DNA of 32,552 nucleotides from Asterionella formosa (GCA_002256025.1 NKIB01000439.1:1-32552), one strand, 5' to 3'; shown: positions 1 through 12,805, counted from the first letter of the stretch. Numbers and translations are program-made. Notes: generated by a model not told the origin, from the sequence alone.

Positions 1-660
1 TTTGGAATTGGAATCACTATTGCCAGCACGATGACGTATGTAGCACTAAAGTTTGGATACTGCTCGTTTAGCAAAATTACCGCAACTTGCCGGTATGCTG
101 AGTACCCTGATACCAGGTACCTGGTACCGGTACAACCATCTTGCTTCATGTGCATATTTTTATGCATCATCACGCACATCCCGGCCTTTCTACGACTAAT
201 CAGAGTTGATTTTTCAACCAAAAAGGGAGTACAAAATCAACCGTCAATGCAACCGGGTTGATTTTTTCTTTGTTGTACAATACTGTATTTTCTCGTGATC
301 AAGTACGGAAAAATACCGTCAAGGTATTTTACCATCCGCAGTAGAACGATACTTGAGGCCTACAGAAAAATACAACCTGGGTTGATTTTTACAAGTAATA
401 CGCTGGTATTATTTATCATTGGCTACTAGCTTTCTCGCTTGTATTTTTCAAAGTTACTTTCCGCTCCTTTGCTTATCTCTAACTTTACAAATAATAAGAA
501 ATCTTGAGGATTATTATCAAGGTTGACCAGCCCAAATGGCAGTCACCCTAGAATGGCATATTCCAACCATCTTGATCTCCAGTGCAAAGGAGGCAGTATT
601 TCAAAACATATTGCCCCCTGCTGGTAGCAAATTGTGTGAGGACAGTTTTTAACAAAGCTG

Positions 661-3600
661 CTAGCGTTCCCGACATCTTGATCCCTCCTCTTGCACTTCG
701 CCCTGATTGATAAGGAACCACAACTCATCTAAAGTCATTGTATTGAAGTCGCGATTGTGGTGACCTGTTTCATTGCGACGAAGTAAAAATTGAATAAATG
801 TCGTGTTAGGCCCAATGTCTGTCAAGATTCTATCATCACCATCAGAGAGAGCAAGAACTGAATATAATCCATCATATCGATATCCTTTAATATTCATCTT
901 GGATGTAAACCGGAAAACCCGAATTGGCAAACGTTTCTTCCAGCTTGTGAACAATGCCTTTCCACCATTCTTACTGCTACATTTATAATTGATCATATCC
1001 AAGTCTTTCTTGGAAGTCGCTGGTGTTTGAACCAAAAGAGATTCGCATCCATCGTCTGCGTTACCACCAACCGGTGAAATATCAGATGTATGAGCCCGGC
1101 AAATAGTGAGTGTATGGCGAAGGTAGATGGCAGTACCAGCTTGAATTAAAGCAGACTGTACATGACCGAAAATCCGTTCCCGTGATGGCCTTAGTAAATG
1201 ATACTTTTGTGTTGCTCCATATAAGTCAACTTTATTTTTACTCCCCTCACCATCGTAAACACGCTGGTATTGGGCCATCCTTGCAAGACCAAGATCACCA
1301 CCTAAGCTGTCATAAGCATTCGCTTGAGACGAAAGCATTACACTACTAGAAGTGATTTGATCATTTTTCAAATTTCCAGTGATGCTCCTTGCATCTTGTG
1401 AAGAGAGGTGGGAACCAGATACATTCCCTGATATTGATAGCCATTGGGCCATTGGTTCGGTAAAAACAGGTCGACCCGATTGACTAATTACATCACCGCT
1501 CCTCTCACTTCCATTGTTGCGAAATCCTTGGTCATTGGGCTTGACCAATCCTTCCCAAGTTTGAGTAGAGTTCCCCTGCGTATCGCCACTCACTCGAATA
1601 GGTAAAAATGACGAAGCATCGCTAGCAAAAGATGCTGAATCGGGCAGCTTCGCTCGTTTGTTTGGAGAGCCACCACCTTCACTTTCGTAGGAACCAATGC
1701 AACCTTCCTGATCTTGGAGATCAACGCCCTCGTGAGGAGGCTTGGTTCGGTTTTGGGCACTTTCTGGTTTCATGAAATCAATCTTGTCCTTTGGCATCGA
1801 ATCAAGTCTATCCCAATTATGCTGAGTGACTGCATCGTCGCCTGTTCTTCGTTGACAAGATTCAAGCGACAAAGGCGCCTCATCACTTTGGTGCATTTCA
1901 CATTGATCTGCATGAGATTCTCCGCCGGCCAAAAGGCGATAACTGACATGCCCTGCTGGCAATTGTCTACTCCGTGGCGGTGAGTCTAACAGCTCCTTGT
2001 AATGATCAATGTAATGATTGAGCCCCTCGGACCCATTCCCGGTTGTGTTCGGACTGTTGCGATTGGAATCATGATTCCGATAGTGCGACGATATCGAACG
2101 CTGGGCACTGTGCATCGAACTGAAGCTTCCCAGGCTTTCAACGGATGGCCGCCTCATATTCACAGTCTTTATCGTAGTTGGAAGCGGAATCTCAGTAGAC
2201 GCTGTGTTTGGCATCATGTGATTGGAATCATGAAACCGTTGGTTTTGCAATATCAACCGCTGGGCACTTTGATAAGAATTAAGGCTTTCGAAGCTTTCGA
2301 TAGATGGCTGCCTCCTGTGAACCGCCTTCATCTTAGTAGGGAGCAGTATTTCCGCAGCCGGTGGTTGTCTACAGTTCTTTAGAGATGGTGGTTGGTGCAT
2401 CTGTTGATTGTACAATGGTCGCGCTGCTTGTGCAATGGAATTCTTGGCTTGTCCGAGAGCAACTCTACCTCCAAATTGACGCTGCGTGCTATCGTTTGAT
2501 TGGATCAACTTGTATAGTCGATTATCAAAAAAAACATTGCCAGTTGCTGGCGGCATGTCAATCCTATGTTTGCTGTCCATAGAAGCATCGCTCGGACCTT
2601 TGTTTTTGGCGTTCGTTGGATTCACCACTAGATTTTCAACGTTATTAATCTGTTGATTTGTAGAATCTGCCATTGTACTGGCAACCTGGGTTGCCACTTT
2701 GTCGGAGTCATCTGTGTCTTTTTCGTTAGCAGCAGAATCTGCGATCATCCTATTTGCCATGGTATCTTCGTTTGTTGCAGTTTGTTCTTGTGTAGCTGTT
2801 TCCGAACCTTTGTCGCGTACGCCCAGCTGGTATGTACGTGGTTTTGTGATTGATGCCTTCGTCGAGTCTGAATCTTGGCCACTATTCGATTTTTTTGAAG
2901 CACCACTTCCTTTCGCTCTTAGAGACAAAGGAAGTTTTGGGAGCAAACATTTCGTCAACTCTTGATTTGACGAAGAATGCATTTTCGAAGGCAATGATGT
3001 ATCTGCTCTTGAACTTTCAAAATTGTTTAGTGACTTCGAAATCACTTCTTCGCCATTTGAAAATTCACTGACTTTTCGTTTTGAAGCCTGTATGTTAGGT
3101 TTCAGATTTACCATCTTCGATTGGGGGGATTTAGGAGGATTTAGAATTGGTTTCAGGAAACTACCCGGCTGATTCACAATCATAGAATTCTTGTTTTCAA
3201 CATGAACTCGTTGCTGTGGATCAAAGGCATCTTGTGAAGTCGCTAGCGCTACACTCGGCAACTTTCTGGGCTGCATTTCCGTAACGCTATCACGTGACGA
3301 CACTTTTCCGTGATTTGTAAACCATAAAGGTGTCACTGGAGATGGTGGCTGTGTTCCTGTCCTTGAAAAGTCATTATCTGCGCAGTTGAAATATTCCTTC
3401 CTTTCCTCCATTAGAATCAGCATATCATCTGGATGCAAAGGTGGGTTTTGGTGCTGCAGTAATAGTTTGATACCATGATGACTATCTTCCAAATTAATGG
3501 ATGAAAGGACATCGATATGATGTGAAGGCCGATCCTGATGACCTAGTTCGATTTCTCGCTGTTGATATTTTCAAGGCGAAAACGGTAAGTAACTTTAAGT

Positions 3601-3989
3601 GCTTCCACATACTGTTTTCAGTATTGCGCGTCCAACATTGACCGAGTTTGACATACCTGCCGATAAAATAGATTTGCGCACTCAATGACTTCGTCAGGAA
3701 GCATACTCTCGGACCCACCATAATCAAACTTGATGTGATAATGACCAACGCAAATTTTAACAGGTCGCCCCCGGCCAGTTCCCTTTTGTACGAGCGTTGT
3801 CTTTCGGTATGACATAACAGTGCCCAAAAAATAGGCAGTATTTGGTGCTGGATCGCTTCTACTTGTTTTCAACTCCATAGGCTTGAGGATGCGAAGGTTT
3901 CGAAGTACCCCTATCCCATTGTCACTACTCTTGGCTTTCTTGTCGTACTTTCTTGTTCCGCTTCCAGCAACCTTCGCGAAGTCAGTCAT
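661..3989 (-). CDS. Chromatin protein, about 1076 aa: N-terminal Tudor-like domain with AT-hook-like GRGRP, long low-complexity linker, C-terminal divergent SRA-YDG domain. Exons 3989-3657 and 3558-661; intron 3559-3656
   Basis: A phase-0 GTATGT...CAACAG intron joins the 3618-3989 ORF in frame to the 943-aa ORF (…FYRQ|REIELGHQ…). The C-terminus has SRA hallmarks: IFGHV, AH…GG…DGCESL, G.ALFTS…LPIRVFR, GYRYDGLY.V, QFLLRR. The N-terminal FLGTVMSY…YHIKFDYGGSE resembles a Tudor barrel. An in-frame stop lies upstream of ATG 3989. Confidence 0.85.
2045..2360 (-). repeat. Intragenic tandem duplication, 2 x 159 nt (53 aa)
   Basis: AEILLPTKMKAVHRRQPSIESFESLNSYQSAQR…HDSNHMMPNT aligns with TEIPLPTTIKTVNMRRPSVESLGSFSSMHSAQR…HDSNRNSPNT; gattggaatcatga recurs 159 nt apart. 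Confidence 0.9.
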
Positions 3990-4830
3990 CTCAGAGGTCC
4001 TTCCAGAGCCAGTCTCTCGCGCTTATCGCTATCGTTCTCGATTCGTTCAATGTTAGCCTCCGAACAAGATTCTGGTTCTCGTTGCAACACACTGCAAGGG
4101 GGATCACGGATAACGACAAATGGTGCATAGAGTACCTGGTATTACCCTGATGTAGACTACCGGTCGCATGGAGCACTGGACAATTTGCAAATAGAATTTT
4201 TCCTCCGGTATGTCGGATGCAGAAACGTGTAGTAGGAGTGAATTTATTACAGGAGAATATATATACCGGTATATAGCAAAAACGGATTAATTATTTTCTT
4301 TTGTCGTAGTTGCCATGTAGTGACCTGTTACATCATTTCTGATGAAATCCAAATCAGCAGAATTTACAAGTGAAATCTGCTGAATCGACTCTATTTATTT
4401 AGTTTTCCGGGATATTTCATTCATCAGATTTGAAGCGAAAAGACGCAGTATCTACATATGACTGCTTGTTTTGTGTTTATGCCCTAAATTCACGGCCACC
4501 TTTTCCAATGCGCTGATAGAAAAATTCAAGGCAATTCAATTTTAATAGTATCTCCTATTATCTCCTTGTTTGAGTAAAAAGATGGCTAAGAAAATCATCA
4601 TTCTGACCCCCCTGAAATACTTGGGGTGAATCCAACACACTTACCGTTACATATATTGGAAGCAGATAAAATATATCAGATAAACCATAGCATGAGGCAT
4701 GATCCAATCATTACTACCAGGTACTACCAGGGTACCTGGTAAACTATTCACCACAGTGTCCTACATACCTGTTTCATCAGATTTTCCTAAACAAAAAATC
4801 CAATGAAAAGTACATTTACCTAATAATGAC

Positions 4831-7272
4831 TTATAATTGTTTATTGAATTTGCTCATGCATTTTGCACCAGAACATTTGCAAGACACACTGAAACCATGC
4901 TTTTCCTTAAAACATCCACAAGTATTTGTGCATTCTTTCATACACTTACACCTTTGTTTTGACTTACTATCTTGAGAATAACACAAAGCATGAGCTTGCT
5001 GCATACTCATTTTTCTGTAATTTTCACAAGTGAAAGTTCCATCAAGTAAGACTTGTCGCTTTTCATTCAAATATGGTGAAATGACTACCTCATTTGGATG
5101 GACAATGTATTTCTTGAGGGATAAAGTATATCTTCTCATTTCTCCCTTTTCCAGACTATATATAATGTCATGATCAATTACTGCTTGTATTCCTTGTCCA
5201 AGCTCATTTGTAGATAGGGCAAACACAATGGCAGAAATTCCACGTGGGTTCTTGCTTACATCGCTGTAGTCCTTTTTTGTAACTATTAATCAAATAGTTT
5301 TCTTTTCGCTTTGACTGCATATGTCCACCTTTCATGTATTTGCTTTGATCCTTCTGTCGTTGTGCTCTAACATAATACTGTGCATGTTTTTGTCTTGCAT
5401 TTTTTGATTTGATGGGAGTTTCTTTTATTACTTTTTCCACAGCATGTCTTGCAGACCATACCTGCTCTCGTTCCCACGAAGTAATTTCATTTCTACCATT
5501 TCATTTAGCATCATCAGTTCATCAGAGTTCATCAGTATTCACTTGCTGTGTTAAAACAGTATCATGTAGTTCACTTGGTAAGATCAACTCAGTATAGAAT
5601 TGATCTACCATTTCTTTGAACATTGTTACAACAAATGAGCGATAATTATGTGGAGAAATAGCTGATATGTTTACAATTTCAGGTTCCAAAACCGAACCCA
5701 GCCAGGACAAGGCAAGGAACCGGGCCACAATCATACCCATCGTTTTGATGGACAATGATTGATTTTGAAATGATCCAGCTATCCTCAGCTTTAACCAGTT
5801 CAAATTCTGTTTTACCATGGGAATGTAAATTTAGTAAGGAGTTCCTTTTGTTCGTTTTAGCACATTGGCGATACTATGGTGTAAACAAATGTTAAGAACT
5901 TGATTAAATCCGTCATATTTTTTATGATATTAGAGTCAAGATTGCTCTCCATCACTGCAAAATGATCACCGTCATAAAAACACTCACAATCCTTTTTACG
6001 TCATTGAACTTCAATTTCTTGCACATTCGCGGTTCCACTTTTTCATGAAAATGAAGAAGCTAATTGAAACCAACATGGTTCTTGTGAGCAACCAGTGCTG
6101 AAAAACTTGACATAAAATCAGTTTCATAACAAGAATTGGTTTTTTCACATTTAGAGTAGCATACTTCATTGCAAAATGAGATTAAATGGTATCCCGAAAA
6201 GCAACATGAATTAAAACTGAGTCTGGGATATAGCCTTTTGAATTTTCTTTTCCCCAAGTATGAATTGACCACCCTTCACCTAGTTCAGGTGCTTCTTTAA
6301 CGGACAAGGCATTTCTTCGTGTTGTTCTTGTCGGAATTTCAATGTTTTCATAACTTATACCATCCCTGTCTAGCTCTTCTTCTGTGTTGCATTAGGCAGA
6401 TAATTGCATCATGTTGTCTGTGGTGTATATGACTGAGTTGCCTTTGGAAAAGATTGCATCAAATCATCTGTGCCACAATCGAGCTGCTGAAACAAGTGAT
6501 TCCCCATATCATCGCTGTGATGTAGTACTTAATCTTTGCTGTGGCAGTAAACATGGAAAGACTGCTCCTTTCTGTCAATTTTTTCATAATCACTGCTGCT
6601 GATATCATAGTCACTGGTTTCCTTGTAGTCATTTGTAGATTGAGCCTGCCTGAACAGTGTCTACAAGATCAGGTCCTTCCAAATTTTCAGCGAAACATTG
6701 TGAAAAGTCACAGCCACTTAATGTGGTGTCATAGAAATTGTCAAGTCTGTGGAAACAGAGTCATTTGGGTCATTGGGATTTAGGTACAAGTCATACATGG
6801 ATTCCACAACTGTAAGAAAACTACTCCTGCTAGCTGCCACATCCATGCGCTATTGGATGATTGTGCAGCTGCAGATGCTGTCCCTGTTGTCTGTCATAAT
6901 GGGATAGAAATCAATCCCAAAACCGGTTTCATATACAGAAACATCATTTTGATTCAGAATAGAATTAACTTCTCCAATGTACTTGCTCCAATTGGGACGG
7001 AGTTTTCCCTTTTGAACTTCACTTACAAGTATACCATGCATTCATTGCAAGTTTCACAAGCCTTTTGATTCTGAATGATCCTTGTTCACTGGGCTTCCAG
7101 TGCCTATCAGTATTGTTTGATTCCATATTTTTCATCATTCCCACAACTTAATCAGCCATGAACTCACAACCATTATCGTGTGAAAGATATGTGGATGTCC
7201 AATCAATCCGGTGAGAGAATTTGTTTTAGTTCAAAGCAAGCATAGTAGTTTGCATTTTTGTCTGGAATGGCT
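4831..7272 (-). pseudogene. 3' part of a decayed Ginger/KRBA2-type DDE integrase (rve) transposase with Ulp1-like protease and C-terminal CXC domain
   Basis: Frameshifted minus-strand motifs occur in the expected order: RAIPDQNA…FEL, GLIGHPHIFH(T)DNGCEF (about 7165-7215), PSEQGS, NWSKYIGEVNSILN, TDFMSSFSALVAHKNH, FYDGDHFAVME…YDG (His/Asp), HQNDGYDCGP (Cys, about 5720-5750), NPRGISAIVF, RCKCMKECTNTCGCFK…CKCSGAKC. Many stops and frameshifts. Confidence 0.8.
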
Positions 7273-7544
7273 CATCTAAGCCGCAAAATACGCCACTTTT
7301 CGAAATTTCGTCTATGAAGGTGTGATAATTATGTGGTACTTCACATAAATTAATGCCACTCTTCCTGTAAATAAGGTTACTTTTAACGGTTTCACGTAAA
7401 ATTTTCACAATGAACTTTGAAATCGAGAATGAATTAGTTGATGTTTCAAATAATTCATTTCAAAGTTCAAATGAGATCCTGCTCTCATGGCTAACTCATT
7501 TACGACAAGCATCTTAAAATTGTGAAATAGTAAGGATAATATGC

Positions 7545-8620
7545 ATAGACAAAAATTCCAAAATTTAGGGAGGTTTTTCCATATTTCATTCAGTTTTTAT
7601 CCATCACCAGCAGATCAACAAAATCCAAATATCTCCTATTGATATATGTTACATATGCTAAGAAGTTATGAATTGGCCAAAAAATGACGAAGACACAGCG
7701 AAAGTGTTTTCGCCATCCTCATGCACCAAATTGACACAACCATGAACATCGCCGCTATGGGCTGAAAGAAGTGCGCATTGTCACTGTAAAAATCTAAAAT
7801 TTAATTTTGGCATAAATCACCAGTAAACCAACATGATCCAAAAGTCTCCTGTTGATACATGTAACATATGCAAAGAAGGTATGATGACTTGGCCAAGAAA
7901 TGACGAAGGCATAGCGAAAAGTATTTTCGCCATCCTCACACACCAAATTGACGCAACTGTGAACATCGCCGCTTTATGCTGAAAGATGCGTTGTCACTGT
8001 AAAATTCTAAAATTTAATTTTTTTTCATATTTCATTCATTTGTTATCCGTCACCAGTAAACCGATATTTTCCCAATGTCTCCGGTTCACGTATATAAGTC
8101 AACGTATGCCAAGAAGGTATGAATCAGCCAAGAAATGACGAAGATACAGAGATTTGAATTTTCGCCATTCTCATGTACCAAATTGACATATACCAAAATG
8201 ATAAAAGCCGTGAACATCGCCGCTGTATGCTGAAAGAAGTGCGTATTGTCACTGCTGTAAAATTCTAAAATTTAATTTTGGCATATTTCATGCATTTGTT
8301 ATCCATCACCAGTAAACCGACATGTTGTTCCAAATGTCTCTTGTTGACGCATGAAACTTAGCATATGACGAGAGGATATGAATCGGTCAAGAAATGACGA
8401 AAATATTTAGAAATGAGTTTTCGCCATCCTCGTGCACCAACTTGACGCACCAGGTACATCACCGCGCATTGTAATTGAAAAATACTGATATTTAATTTTG
8501 GAATATATCATTCATTTGATATCACTCAGCAGTAAACAAACATGTTCCATGTGATTTCTTTTTGTTGTTGTCTACATTGTATTTCCCTGAATGTACGAAT
8601 CACACAGAATTGAGAAAGAC
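7545..8620. repeat. Subterminal degenerate tandem repeat, about 4.5 copies of a 215-260-bp unit
   Basis: The block aaatgacgaa…ttttcgccat(c/t)ctc…accaa.ttgac…acatc(g/a)ccgc…tttaattttggcata…caccagtaaac recurs near 7673, 7889, 8124 and 8383. Confidence 0.9.
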
Positions 8621-8649
8621 ACAATCAATTAAATTTTATCATGCAAATG

Positions 8650-9500
8650 AATTGGTTGACTCATTCAGTTGATTGTTTTCAATAAAAAATCCAGGTGTAT
8701 ACTTATTATTTTAGTAGAAGGCTAATGCTAGCTAGCAGCTCATCTAGTGCATGGGCCATTAGGAGTAACCATTGGCTGTGTCCTCGTCTCCTTCTTGTCA
8801 TATTTGATCAAAGTCGCACTTGTAGCATCAGAAAATTTTCCCTACAAAATTGTTAGCAAGACTGTTCCAGGGTTTTTCGTATAGATTGTAGGTTCTGTTG
8901 GTACAAAGAGAGAGTCATGGCTGGCTGTGCCGGGATTTTTTACCATCTGAGTTCATAAAGACACCAACATTCAATACCAGTGTGAACAACATATTTTCAA
9001 CATGGGTACAACCCTTACAGCTAGCATACCCCTTTCAGATTTTCAGCTGCCTCACCATAAAAAAATCCTTCATCAGCTCACATATTGTTTGTTGCACCGA
9101 CAGAAGGTGGAATGATGCAACATTGACATCTTCCGTAATAGATGCTTTCAAGTTAAGATTCATTTTCTTGCTATTTTTGCTATCATATCACCAAGCAAGG
9201 GATAATTCATACCGATATACTGCTTTTCTCAACTTTCATTTGACATTTGAATAGGCCTTTTCAGAAAAGAAGTGTTCTTTTGAAAACAGGAGTGATAGAA
9301 GGTGAAATGATGCAATATGGAGATCTGCAATGGAGGCTTTTGAGGCAAACTTAATCTTCAGTTTTTGTCTTTACATCAGCAAAGCGAGCGCGATTCTGTT
9401 ATTGTTCTCTACATTTATTTGACATTTTAGCCGTGCATTTCACAACAGGAGCATTATTTTGAACGCAGCAGTAAGTTGTAGTGCTGTCTGGCTTATGCCA
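8650..9500 (-). pseudogene. Heavily decayed ORF inside the TIR element, possibly its CACTA/Plavaka-like transposase; includes an internal ~197-bp duplication
   Basis: Protein-like minus-strand stretches separated by stops (IASFHLLS / VASFHLLS repeat; ELMKDFF…VGVFMNSDG; FVGK; HALDELL). The family resemblance is weak. Confidence 0.3.
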
Positions 9501-9712
9501 GTGTGTTGCTATCGATTTGACTGCTCCGTGAAACAGTTGAATAGCATGTGTGTTTGTTGCTTTCTCCTGTTGCTAGTTCTATTAAATGAATTACAGACAC
9601 ACTGGTGTTGTTATGTAAATCTTTGCAGGTCAATGAAGAAGGCATTTCAAGGACAAGACAAAGGAAGCCAGTGTGATGCATTCCTGTTGCAATTTCGCAC
9701 AATGATGACCCA

Positions 9713-10233
9713 TGTTACAGTATGTAGCACGCTAGATATACTATATTAGATGGTTATAAGTTCTTTATAACGTTAACCTTATAGGCTATTCTATACAGAC
9801 CATATAGCTACTTGTTTAATCTCACTGTAGAGATTTACACAACACACACTCCTGTGTAAGTATACCACGTCAACCCTAAGTGAAAGGTGTACCCTTTTAC
9901 ATTACGCACACGACTTCCATGGAACCCATACGTAGTACACATACAATCACATGGGACTGATCATGATTAGTACATGATGCTACATACACGGTTACTAGTA
10001 GTATGCAGCTCGTAGTACATATTGCATTACCTACCCGCAGCTACATGTTACGTGATAACTATTGGTACAGATGTACCTCTAGAATAGATGTACCAATGCT
10101 TGGACTCTTGACACTTAGCACGTACCCTTATCATCAAGGCCCTTCTTGTGAGTCCCCTTGGAATAGGAGCTAACATAGATACACTAATCGTTAAGCTCAT
10201 AATTACCCAGAACCTACTTGTTCAATCCTGACA
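9713..10233. mobile_element. Possible solo LTR nested in the TIR element
   Basis: A ~520-bp non-coding block with TGTTAC…TGACA ends and a composition shift from its flanks. No matching TSD found (accca vs actgt). Confidence 0.3.
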
Positions 10234-10802
10234 ACTGTAGGGCAAATGGTGCCTGCTCCAGAGTGAAAAAATTTTCCATTCAGAATGAATGGCTTCTCTT
10301 CGCCTTGCATTGTCCTTACAGACGTCTCATAAATTCTGCCTTCTCAAGACTGAAGATTCCATTCTGAAAGAACTGTTTTGTTTGATTTTATATCGAGAGT
10401 TGTTGTTTCCCATTTAATGTGAAATAGTTGAATTAGTCAACAGCATTATTTGATAGTACTTTTAAATAAGCTAAACACCATTCAGGAATTAGTTGAATGA
10501 ACTTCAGAGAATTACGTGAATAAATCAATTAATTATGAAAACAAATTTTATTCATTATGTGAACAAATTCATAAGGCAATGTGAACTAATTTACAGAATT
10601 AGCTACGTGAAGTATTTCAAATAATTACATGAAGGTGATATAGTGAGGATCACCAGGAATGCATGCATGATACTCTAATCAAATAGTTGATGTGATGTAT
10701 TCAGATAATATATAGATATATTCAAGTAAGCATTTCGATGTATTCAAATAAATCATGTGAACCATTCAAAAAGGTCACTTCATGTAACATGCGTCTAAGA
10801 TG

Positions 10803-11010
10803 CTCTTATATAGCATTAGACAGTGAAATGATCCTTCGTTACCATAATCCATCTCATTATCTGACCATAAAAATTGCATCGTTCATTAGCGCGAAATTCA
10901 ATTAAATAAATTTGCATGCGATCACGGAATCCTTCAGAATGTATAGGATTTTGGACTCCCTTAGATTTCGGAATTTGAGGATGGGCATGAATAGTACACA
11001 CAGGACTCAT
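10803..11010 (-). pseudogene. 5' part of the same Ginger/KRBA2-type integrase core; may extend to about 11450
   Basis: PVC…KGVQNPIHSEGFRDRMQI(Y)LIEF…GQIMRWIMVTKDHFT matches the KG..KPI.S..F..R.QVDLIDM…WI….DH.T start of KRBA2-like rve domains, and joins in frame to the 7272 flank. Confidence 0.8.
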
Positions 11011-12334
11011 ACTGATAATTAGTAAAACCTACAAAATCAAATACCAGCAAGAAGCAACTTACTCCACGGTTCACAGCTTGCCGATAATGTTCATCGTTTC
11101 TACTGAAGATTTAAAAAATATTTCATCACGGCTTTTTCAAGCAAATTACATAGGATTTTACTATTGCCTATTTTTCAATCGTGATTTATATCCCTTTTGA
11201 AAAACAAGGACCAAATGTTGTGTACATTGGTTTCAAACCAACTTCTAAACGGTTTGTATCTGGTAGTGGTTAGTAATTTTACTATTATCATTCAGCCATT
11301 TCGTTAGTTTTTCTTCATTCATACCGACTTTTATGTATGTTGATTCAAAATTCTCTTAGCGATGAGGTGGCATGATGAATTTGGCTTGATTATTAAACAA
11401 TAAATCGAATTTTATTTTGAATGTTCTCTTATACTTTAGCAAGTCAACCGCAAATACAACAACACCAACAAAAATGAAAGTTATGCCAGGCTCCAGTGGT
11501 GGCCGTATCATTCCCAAAATGTCTAGCTGGTGGTGGTAAAGGAGGCGAAAGATTTATCGGAGATGAAAATCATAATTGGTGGTCCTCCAAAATCCCACTC
11601 CCTCGCCACACAAAAACCACATCGACTATTGAACCAGCATCTGCAAATAGAAAGTATCATACGCTAAGTGGCACTGAATTTTTTACCACATGATACTTAT
11701 TTCGTTATGTATGATAAATGAATACTATACTAAGCATGATCATGTTTAGCATACTTATAATAAACAACACACCATAAAATTATCAAAACATTATCTTATG
11801 ATGTACATTGTTTCATCATATTTCTATCTTAATATCATAGTAATTCTAACCGAAATCACTGTCGAAAATTGGTTGAAATAAATTGTAATTTTATGCATTT
11901 AACTTCATTTATTAAGCGCCTTAAGACTACTCAAGTGTTAGTAGGGTAGCCCGCATGGCGCTTCCTGGCATTGACAGCCTAGGTTGTATAAAATTTTTAA
12001 ACTACCCAGTATCAACCCAACAAGCGTGGTGACTTTGTGCGCTGCAAGGTGGGGAAAGGGTGGATACTACACTTTCTTGAATGAGAGTAAGGGAAATTAT
12101 TTCTGCTGTAAATTTCATATGCTGGCACTGGTGAATAAATCTGTCCCCACATCTTGATGACTAAGGAAAAAGCAAATGGCTTGGTTAGATCTTTTAATGA
12201 GGCTTTTACTTGCCTCCCATGTGTCTGCCTTGCCTTTGTGGGATTTATGGCAGACTCTGATAATATTGTGCAGCTTCAGTATCTGTTTGGATCAAAATGA
12301 AAAGTGGTGACATGATCATCATGACTCTTCTTGA

Positions 12335-12805
12335 ATGAATGATGCAGCTTATTCCAGCCATTTTGTCAAGCTCCTTGAGTTTCTTGTTTTTTCTGTTGTT
12401 TTTCTTTCATGTGTTCTTTGTAGCTCATTGCATACACTGTAGTTATTGTGTAGCTCAAAGCGCTGTTGCAGACCTGATTCCGATGCCAGTAACATTGAAA
12501 CATTTGCTCTTCAATTGAATGATGCATGTTTTTGCATTCCATTCATTTTCGTCAAGCTCCTTGAGTTTCTTGTTGTTTCTGTTGATTCTTTCATGTGTTC
12601 TTTGTAGCTCATTGCATACGCTGTAGTTATTCTGTAGCTCAAAGCGCCGGTGCAGACCCGCTTCCGATGCCAGTACATCGACAAATGCGGTCTTCAATTG
12701 AATGATGCATGTTGTTGCATTCCATTCATTTTCATCAAGCTCCTTGAATTTCTTGTTGTTTCTGTTGATTCTTTCATATGTTTGTTGCTCATTGCATACA
12801 GTGTA
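12335..12805 (-). repeat. About 2.6 copies of a 183-bp (61-aa) coding-like tandem repeat
   Basis: tcaagctccttga recurs near 12366, 12552 and 12735; ORF 12455-12955 contains repeated CNE..RT.ERINRNNKK.KELDENEWNA.TCIIQLK. Confidence 0.9.

Larger units (their letters stand above)
7273..10802. mobile_element. Non-autonomous or decayed TIR DNA transposon (CA…TG ends, 2-bp TSD 'CT'; CMC/CACTA-like) inserted in the integrase gene
   Basis: Left end is CATCTAAGCCGC (7273); the right end reverse-complements to CATCTTAGACGC (10802). CT is duplicated at 7271-7272 and 10803-10804. Removing the element restores the minus-strand frame tgc tat ata aga gcc att cca (CYIRAIP). The superfamily assignment is inference. 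Confidence 0.8.

Noticed and set aside
803..3071. Plus-strand ORFs overlapping the SRA gene (and similar ones over E2F, the MBD-Tudor gene and RPN6)
   Set aside because: Antisense or alternative-frame shadows with no recognisable motifs.
7545..8620. CRISPR-like or tRNA array
   Set aside because: The units align along their whole length, with no unique spacers and no cloverleaf.
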